Shown here: positions 27,340 through 33,380 of the stretch, piece after piece
How the letters are laid out: the number at the start of each line of letters is the position of its first letter
Position numbering within the stretch: the stretch's first letter is position 1
Source of the DNA: an uncultured Pseudobdellovibrionaceae bacterium
GTDB lineage: Bacteria; Bdellovibrionota; Bdellovibrionia; Bdellovibrionales; JAGQZY01
Length of the DNA: 33,380 nucleotides
Assembly (NCBI GenBank): GCA_964523195.1
Contig: CAZFYV010000001.1
Span: 1 to 33,380 of the forward strand
Direction of reading: 5' to 3'
Made by a program: the position numbers and the translations under genes
Notes under the pieces: model-generated
What the model was told of the DNA's origin: nothing
What the model saw: only the letters and a program-made list of their open reading frames with translations
Databases searched by the model: none

Positions 27340-28754
27340 AGAGCGCTTTGCTTTTGTTCGTCTAAACCCTGTTCTTCATAGTCAAGTAATTCAGCCATTT
27401 CAGGAAATACTTCCCTGAAATTTGTTCCACGAATTGAGTCCATTTTGTTAATATACTCCTTGAACTCAGGCATGCGTTGAGACCAATCCTCGGCTTCCAT
27501 AAAAGAGACCATGCCTTTTAATCGAGGGATACCATATTTGTTTTCTAAAAACTCTTGGTCGTTTCGGTAGTTTTCTTTTAACCAGTCGTAAAACTCATCA
27601 TACTTTTTACGAACCTTTTCTTTAAAGCTCTTAGGGAAAACTTTAACGTTAAGGTGAGCCGGGTGGTAGACAAAATGAAAATTGATTAGACCAGCTCCTA
27701 AAGGGTAAGGGTTGATTTTTTTGAAGTTCTTTTTAAGTTTCCATTTAATGAAATCTGGCAAATAGTACATGTTTAGCATTTGAACTGCGCAGGCCACGGT
27801 AACTTCAACATTGTCTGTTGTGTTGTCTAGTAGCTCAAATTGCTTTTCAATATGAGGCCATTTTGAAGGGTATCGAATGTAATCGTTCATCTCGCCAACC
27901 GAGTCGATACTAAAATGAAATCGTACTCTTTGAAAGTGACTCCACAACTCAAACAAGCGATCGGGGAGTTCAATTCCATTACTGTTGTAGCGCAATTCGA
28001 TATGGGAAGCTTCGCCTCGTTTGATACACTCTTCAAGTAAAGTATAATGTTCCTCTATAATAGTGCTTTCGCCGCCAGCAAAATACAGTTGCTTCATATT
28101 TGGGATTTGTTCGTAAAGTTGTTCCCAAAAGACCTTATTTTCCTTGTGCCAATCATAGGTCGCACCATCAACTTGGCCCTTGTTGTTCCAAATCATAATC
28201 TGTTTAAGGCTGGGGTTTTTGATTTGCGGATAAAGTTTTTTCCAATCACCAACCCATAGTGAGCTGTCATGGGGGGAGCACATAATACACTTTAAGTTGC
28301 ACTTAGTTCCAAGTCTCAAGTCCACGTAGGTAATTTGAGGCGGAACCGAGCCATCTTCTTCGGTTTGTGCCAATAGATCATCGATATTAACTCGTTGTGA
28401 CCAGTACTCTGTCTCCCAAACTCGTTTGGAGCTATGGCCGGCAGCTTCTTCTTTAAAGCATTTGGTGCAAGAAGCGGGGATTTCGCCGGCCAGCATCTTT
28501 GTACGAACATCTTTCATATAAGAATTGTTCCACGCAGACAAAAGGTCGGTATGATTTAAGTTTGCCGGTTTGCCATCGTCATTTTTAAGAATTCCGACTT
28601 CTCCGCCGTATTTTTTGTCATTGGTAGCGCCAGCGCTAGAAGCATTAGCCGTGCAGCAAACCCTCATATGACCATTTGGCCTTGTAGAAAGATGGATCCA
28701 TGGAAGGATGCAAAAGGTTTTGCTAACTTTCTTTTTAATATCCTCAATTTTCAT
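27336..28754 (-). CDS. Radical SAM enzyme E with an N-terminal twitch-like Cys module (paralog of D and H)
   Basis: FCILPWIHLSTRPNGHMRVCC ... CTKC. Core CNLKCIMC, AGGESTI, IRYPSKW. SD GAGGAA lies 8 nt upstream of ATG 28754. Confidence 0.85.
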   Translation of the reverse strand: MKIEDIKKKVSKTFCILPWIHLSTRPNGHMRVCCTANASSAGATNDKKYGGEVGILKNDDGKPANLNHTDLLSAWNNSYMKDVRTKMLAGEIPASCTKCFKEEAAGHSSKRVWETEYWSQRVNIDDLLAQTEEDGSVPPQITYVDLRLGTKCNLKCIMCSPHDSSLWVGDWKKLYPQIKNPSLKQIMIWNNKGQVDGATYDWHKENKVFWEQLYEQIPNMKQLYFAGGESTIIEEHYTLLEECIKRGEASHIELRYNSNGIELPDRLFELWSHFQRVRFHFSIDSVGEMNDYIRYPSKWPHIEKQFELLDNTTDNVEVTVACAVQMLNMYYLPDFIKWKLKKNFKKINPYPLGAGLINFHFVYHPAHLNVKVFPKSFKEKVRKKYDEFYDWLKENYRNDQEFLENKYGIPRLKGMVSFMEAEDWSQRMPEFKEYINKMDSIRGTNFREVFPEMAELLDYEEQGLDEQKQSAL

Positions 28755-28818
28755 TGTCGAAGCTTCCTCTTATTTCAAATAACATTGTAATCTGTTTTTT
28801 GATTTAAATAAATCTCGT

Positions 28819-29511
28819 TTAAGTCTGAGACAGTTCTACCTCTTTGAACTTCTCTTCTAGCCAATCAAAGTCGTTGATTTTATTCAATTGCTCAGGTTGT
28901 TCCTTATTTACGTCTACAAATTCTCTACCCATATTAGCTCCAAGTATGCACCATTTTCCGAAAGGGCGATCAGCACCTAATTCACACCAGGTGTCTAGAC
29001 GTTCCTGGCTTTCCTTTTGTTGGGAGTTCTTAATTAGGCCACTAGACAGCTTTACACATTCTCGAAATGCAGACTTCCAGGTGTTGTAAGGATCAGTGTT
29101 AAACTGGGTTTCTGAAGCAAGTGTATGGATAATTCTATACTTTGGAGCAAGAGATGTGGACATATCCAAATTCATATTTGCTTTTGCTTGGACGTGGACC
29201 TTTGGGAAAAGTTTTATAGCCCCGTATCCGTAGACCAAGTCATTAACGGCATTTTTGCAACGCCAAACGTGAATAGCTTCTTGATCTTCTTCTTTTATTT
29301 CATAGTCAAAATGGAAGGAGTCGTAAACGTAGTTATCCCCATCAACAACATAAAAGTGAGATCCCTTAGAGTTCTCAGCGCACATTTTGTGTGCGTTAAG
29401 AATGCCCTTAATATTATCAATACGTTGGGCTTTGGGTTGAAGCTTTTTAAGACGAGCAAAATTCTCATCACCGTTGGGCTCTTTATAGGTCAGCATAAAA
29501 ATATCGTACAC
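28819..29511 (-). CDS. Uncharacterised DxD protein F (paralog of G). Possible GT-A-like nucleotide-dependent transferase.
   Basis: 230 aa. IFMLTYKEPN strand, RIDNIKGILNAHKMCAENS, VVDGDN, YGYGAIKLFPK and WCELGAD are all mirrored in G. The GTG start shares one nucleotide with the stop of G (TAGTG). Confidence 0.7.
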   Translation of the reverse strand: MYDIFMLTYKEPNGDENFARLKKLQPKAQRIDNIKGILNAHKMCAENSKGSHFYVVDGDNYVYDSFHFDYEIKEEDQEAIHVWRCKNAVNDLVYGYGAIKLFPKVHVQAKANMNLDMSTSLAPKYRIIHTLASETQFNTDPYNTWKSAFRECVKLSSGLIKNSQQKESQERLDTWCELGADRPFGKWCILGANMGREFVDVNKEQPEQLNKINDFDWLEEKFKEVELSQT

Positions 29512-30491
29512 TAGAACATCCGTCCTTCTCGAAGGGGGTTCACGTATGTCGACTTAAAAAAGCGGGAAGAGTCACCATTAAGATATGCGACCTGGAAATT
29601 AAGGCGGTCATTTAATATATCACCGATTCGGTGGATCTCGTTTTCAAGCATACTATTATTCCAAGAATAATTGGAAAAATCGCAGGAGTGGGAAGTTCCC
29701 GAAAATTGAGCTTTAATTTCGTTGGTCCAAAAATCGCGAAACCAGTCGTAATCTCTGACCAGAGAATAGTCCCATTCTGTTAGGAGAGTCATATATGTGC
29801 CCAAGCGAGCACCATAAATAGCCCAATTGCCATTGAATACATCTGCGCCAACGGAACACCATATTCTCAGGCGTTGCAAATTGGATCTGGCCAATAATTC
29901 AAAAATATCAGTGGGCTGCTCGCCGCTAAACTCTGGTATCTTTCCGCGGTCTAAGACCATTTTAACACCTTCTCGAAACCCAGCTCTGAATGCTTGGTAG
30001 GGAGTTGCTGTGACGGATGTTGTTGAAAGAATCTGGGGCATTTGTAAGTAGTTGAGCTGGAAGCAAAAGTCTACAGAGCTCTCCTCATCTTCGGCATTTT
30101 CGTGGGTCTTCATTTCCATGACCGTTTTTCGAGTCCAGCACTTTACACCACCGTTTCCATAACAAAGCCCGTTGAGTTCGTTTTTACTTGTCCAGCTAAT
30201 GACTTCGTTCTCGGCAAAAGAGTCAAAGTCCATTTCGGTAGAGTAATAAGTTTCTGTAAGGAGATTATCTCCATCAATTGTTATGAATCTTTCAGTTTTT
30301 GATTGTTCTGCGCATGCTTTATGGGCGGCATCGAAGCCTTTGACGCCGTCAATTCGCTTCACCCAAGGGGAGTTTTTTTTGATTTGCCTCCAAAAATCTT
30401 CCTTCAGGGGTTCATCGTAGGTAATAAAAAAGTTATCGATATCCCAAATTGCAGCCAAAGCGTTCTCCTGACCCATTATTAAAGTAAACAA
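29511..30491 (-). CDS. Uncharacterised DxD protein G (paralog of F, with a C-terminal extension of about 90 aa)
   Basis: 326 aa. FFITYDEPL, RIDGVKGFDAAHKACAEQS, TIDGDN, YGNGGVKCWTR, WCSVGAD. Start ambiguous (TTG 30491 or ATG 30476); neither has a clear SD. Confidence 0.7.
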   Translation of the reverse strand: MFTLIMGQENALAAIWDIDNFFITYDEPLKEDFWRQIKKNSPWVKRIDGVKGFDAAHKACAEQSKTERFITIDGDNLLTETYYSTEMDFDSFAENEVISWTSKNELNGLCYGNGGVKCWTRKTVMEMKTHENAEDEESSVDFCFQLNYLQMPQILSTTSVTATPYQAFRAGFREGVKMVLDRGKIPEFSGEQPTDIFELLARSNLQRLRIWCSVGADVFNGNWAIYGARLGTYMTLLTEWDYSLVRDYDWFRDFWTNEIKAQFSGTSHSCDFSNYSWNNSMLENEIHRIGDILNDRLNFQVAYLNGDSSRFFKSTYVNPLREGRMF

Positions 30492-30609
30492 AGCTTAGGG
30501 GGTCAATTGAGCCATGCTTAGAACTTACAGCGTCTCACTGTTAAACACAGCGTTAAGAAATGACTGCTTTAGCTCTTTATTTTTGAAAAGCCTGCTATAG
30601 ACTGAAGAT

Positions 30610-32010
30610 ATGAGTGAAAAACCCAAATCTTGGTGCCCTTTACCTTGGATGCACCAGGCACTTAGGAATAACGGAGATTTTAGAGTTTGTTGCCAGGCGA
30701 ATTCTAGTCTGAGTCGCGGGCTTTTAAATAGGTCTGACGGGCGGGTTATGAGTGCTAAGGACTCGGATCTCAATGAGGCGCGAAATTCCGTAGATTTAAA
30801 ACTGATTCGCAAGCAAATGCTCGAAGGTGTTTGGCCAGAGAGCTGTATGCGATGTGAGAGAGAAGAAGAGTCTGGAATTCGCTCTAGAAGAACATATGAG
30901 ACTGAGTTATGGGGACAGCATGTTAGCTATGAAGATGCTAGAGAGCTGACCGCATCGGATGGTTCGATTGACATTCAAAAGTTTCCGACTCGTTATTGGG
31001 ATCTTAGGTTTGGTAATCACTGTAACTTAAAGTGCCGAATGTGTGGCCCAAGTGACTCTCACTCCTGGTATTCCGATTTTCATGCGATGGGTATTAACGA
31101 ATTTAAAGATACCCACGGAACCATTGAGCTAGAGGCGAACGAACGAGGAATCGTCAAAGCCAAAGATGATCCCTACACCTGGTATGAAAGTAATGACTTC
31201 TGGGATCAGCTTTATGGACAGATCGAGTCTATCGAGCACGTTTATTTAGTGGGTGGTGAACCTCTTTTAATTCATCAACATTATGATTTTCTGAATGAGC
31301 TTGTTGAAAGAGGCCGAGCGCCCTTTGTAACATTGGAATACAACACAAACCTTTCAATCGTTCCTGAAAAGGCTTTAAAGCTTTGGGAACATTTTAAAAA
31401 AGTTAAGCTTGGTGTGAGTTTGGATGGTGTTGGTCCTATCAACGATTATATTCGTCACCCGAGTAAGTGGTCAGTGATGGAGAGAAATCTCCTGAAGATT
31501 GATAAAGCGCCTGGGAATATTGATGTTTGGTTGGCTCCGACTATACAAATTTTGAACGTTATGCATCTTCCAGAAATGATAAAATGGAAGATGGAAAGGC
31601 AGTTCAAAAGGATTAACAGTAATAGCTCAAAACCTTTTGTTACGACCCATTTGTTGCATAGGCCAGAATTTTACAACATTAGAACTCTTCCGCCATCCTA
31701 CAAACTACTTGTTGAAAAAGAGTATACCGAGTTTTACTCATGGCTTCAGGATTGGATGTCAGACAATAGTTTTAGTGAAAAAAAACGAACTCAGTTTATG
31801 GACGTTGCAAAGAGTTTACTCGGTGGATTTTTGAAGTATATGAACCAGGAAGATTGGTCGGGGAAACACCTTTCGCAGTTTTTGACTGTTACTAATCAAA
31901 TCGACCAAATTAGAAGTGAATCCTTAGAAACAGTGAGTCCACTTCTTTACGAGCATGTAATAGAGGAATTAAAAAAGCAGGGAAGCAATACAGTACGACA
32001 ACTAGGTTAG
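30610..32010 (+). CDS. Radical SAM enzyme H with an N-terminal twitch-like Cys module (paralog of D and E)
   Basis: WCPLPWMHQALRNNGDFRVCC ... CMRC. Core CNLKCRMC, VGGEPLL, IRHPSKW. Roughly half the residues are identical to D by eye over the N-terminal 100 aa. Confidence 0.85.
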   Translation: MSEKPKSWCPLPWMHQALRNNGDFRVCCQANSSLSRGLLNRSDGRVMSAKDSDLNEARNSVDLKLIRKQMLEGVWPESCMRCEREEESGIRSRRTYETELWGQHVSYEDARELTASDGSIDIQKFPTRYWDLRFGNHCNLKCRMCGPSDSHSWYSDFHAMGINEFKDTHGTIELEANERGIVKAKDDPYTWYESNDFWDQLYGQIESIEHVYLVGGEPLLIHQHYDFLNELVERGRAPFVTLEYNTNLSIVPEKALKLWEHFKKVKLGVSLDGVGPINDYIRHPSKWSVMERNLLKIDKAPGNIDVWLAPTIQILNVMHLPEMIKWKMERQFKRINSNSSKPFVTTHLLHRPEFYNIRTLPPSYKLLVEKEYTEFYSWLQDWMSDNSFSEKKRTQFMDVAKSLLGGFLKYMNQEDWSGKHLSQFLTVTNQIDQIRSESLETVSPLLYEHVIEELKKQGSNTVRQLG

Positions 32011-32012
32011 GG

Positions 32013-32948
32013 ATGATTCAGGCAGACGTATTTCAATCAAAAGTTCTTGGCTCAATAGAGTCAGTTATCTTCGGGAAAAAAGAAAAGATACAATTAGCAC
32101 TAACTTGCTGGTTAGCTGGCGGCCATCTTCTCATTGAAGATTTACCCGGGACAGGTAAAACCATATTAGCGAGAAGTATTGCGACGACCGTCGAAGCCCC
32201 TTTTAGAAGAATACAGTTTACTCCAGACCTTTTGCCCTCGGATATTATTGGGGCTTCAGTATTTAATCAAAAAAACCAAGAGTTTGAGTTTATAAAAGGC
32301 CCTCTTTTCACAACGGTTTTACTCGCCGATGAATTGAACAGGGCAACACCTCGAACTCAGTCAGCCCTTCTTGAAGCAATGGCCGAAATCCAGATCACCT
32401 CAGATGGTAAGACCTATGATCTACCTGAGAGTTTTTTTGTGATCGCAACTCAAAACCCAATTGAACAGGTTGGGACTTTTCCATTGCCTGAAGCACAGAT
32501 GGATCGCTTTCTCATGAGAATGGGGATGGGTTATCCAGAGCGTGGCTCAGAGATTGAAGCCGTTAAACAAATAAAGGGAACTCACCCGGTTAATAAATTG
32601 AGTTCTGTCACTAATTTGGATGCATTGAAGATGGCCAAAGAGCAAGTCAATGCCATTGAAGTGCACGACAAGATATATGACTACTCGATGAGAATTGTCG
32701 AAGAAACTCGGCGATCGGATGATCTTTTGTGCGGATCTAGTACGCGGGGCTTTATCGGTTTAATTAACTCCTCAAAGGCTTATGCATGGCTGCAAGGAGA
32801 CAAATACGTTAAACCTTCTCATATTTATCATTTGGCAGGGCCTGTGTTGGCTCATCGATTGGTACTTAAGCCTGAGGTTCGCCTTACAGGAATAAAAGCA
32901 AACGACGTTGTTAAAAAGTGTCTACAGAATGTTCCTAGCCCTGGCTAA
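32013..32948 (+). CDS. MoxR-family AAA+ ATPase
   Basis: Walker A EDLPGTGKT, Walker B LLADELNRA, sensor VIATQNP. 311 aa, which is typical MoxR size. The ATG lies 2 nt after the stop of radical SAM H. Confidence 0.9.
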   Translation: MIQADVFQSKVLGSIESVIFGKKEKIQLALTCWLAGGHLLIEDLPGTGKTILARSIATTVEAPFRRIQFTPDLLPSDIIGASVFNQKNQEFEFIKGPLFTTVLLADELNRATPRTQSALLEAMAEIQITSDGKTYDLPESFFVIATQNPIEQVGTFPLPEAQMDRFLMRMGMGYPERGSEIEAVKQIKGTHPVNKLSSVTNLDALKMAKEQVNAIEVHDKIYDYSMRIVEETRRSDDLLCGSSTRGFIGLINSSKAYAWLQGDKYVKPSHIYHLAGPVLAHRLVLKPEVRLTGIKANDVVKKCLQNVPSPG

Positions 32949-32951
32949 ACC

Positions 32952-33380
32952 ATGAAGAGTATTCGTCGACTAGGAACCAGAGATTTAATCAAGCAGTCGC
33001 GACGAATGATGAAGGAGATTCGAGGTTTTCCTATTTCGGCCCGCCTCATGAGTTTTTTCCATCCCTTTTATTTGGCGGTTCTTTTAGTTTTAGTTTGTTT
33101 GGGTTTAAGCCTCATGGATCGTTTTTTTACGGCTTTGGCAGCAACTCTAATATTTTCATTGATTTTTATATACATGAGGACATTAGGATTAGCTCAATCG
33201 ATATCGATTGAAAGAATTGTCCCTTACAGTGTGAAATTTGGAGAAGAGTTTAGGGTATTGTACGAAATTACTAATTCTAACTGGTCGAGCCTTCCTCATA
33301 TTATCTTTACAGATAGTTTTTCTGGTCAAAAAGATCGAAAACAGTTCTATTCCATTGAATCTGGCGTTGCTCCTAACCAA
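32952..33380 (+). CDS. Probable DUF58-family protein, N-terminal 143 codons (runs off the window end)
   Basis: Absent from the ORF track because it is open-ended. My translation from ATG 32952 gives MKSIRRLGTRDLIK...FYLAVLLVLVCLGLSL..TALAATLIFSLIFIY..ERIVPYSVKFGEEFRVLYEITN with no stop to 33380. Two TM helices followed by a beta-rich domain, in the canonical position after moxR. Assigned by context and architecture. Confidence 0.55.
   Translation, partial: MKSIRRLGTRDLIKQSRRMMKEIRGFPISARLMSFFHPFYLAVLLVLVCLGLSLMDRFFTALAATLIFSLIFIYMRTLGLAQSISIERIVPYSVKFGEEFRVLYEITNSNWSSLPHIIFTDSFSGQKDRKQFYSIESGVAPNQ

Noticed and set aside
30514-30600. 28-codon ORF upstream of radical SAM H as a RiPP precursor
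   Set aside because: It has no SD, a single Cys, no Gly-Gly or other recognisable leader or core features, and it lies in a promoter spacer. I kept it only as a note inside the spacer finding.
1-33380. Search for tRNA/rRNA genes, CRISPR arrays, IS elements, integrases and island boundaries around the radical SAM locus
   Set aside because: I noticed no T-loop/acceptor-stem patterns, regularly spaced repeats, transposase or integrase-like ORFs, or flanking direct repeats. The island is flanked by ordinary genes (sppA/HAD and moxR). Horizontal acquisition cannot be claimed without computing GC or codon statistics.

Overview
Low-GC (about 40 % by eye) chromosomal segment from a Gram-negative bacterium, judged from lipoboxes, a Tat signal and an OmpA-like domain. 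The gene content is reminiscent of Bdellovibrio-like/Oligoflexia organisms, but I cannot verify that here. Positions 1-22.5 kb hold ordinary envelope and housekeeping genes. These are a partial membrane sensor-like protein, a beta-lactamase-family hydrolase coupled to a lipoprotein, a polytopic membrane protein with two cNMP-binding domains, an OmpA-like protein and purT. They continue with a Tat-exported PhoD-like phosphatase, a PP2C phosphatase, a GlpQ-like phosphodiesterase, a YhdH-type oxidoreductase and an 801-aa acidic lipoprotein. The block ends with an S9 peptidase, a PHP-domain protein, a CxxCH protein, an M15/LAS-like peptidase, sppA and a HAD hydrolase. The stand-out is 22.6-32.0 kb, a tightly packed eight-gene island. 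It has six radical SAM enzymes, each with an extra Cys-rich auxiliary-cluster module (three C-terminal, three N-terminal). It also has two paralogous uncharacterised DxD proteins. The island falls into three paralog sets plus one singleton. I see no precursor peptide, transporter, protease or classical sugar-pathway gene. It is flanked by a HAD phosphatase (1 nt from the first radical SAM gene) and a MoxR ATPase/DUF58 pair (2 nt after the last one). I treat this island as the candidate undescribed system; its substrate is unknown. I found no rRNA, tRNA, CRISPR array, transposase or integrase. The small DNA motifs reported (one 17-bp perfect palindrome, one 9-bp direct repeat at 11-bp phase, two bidirectional terminators) were all read by eye.
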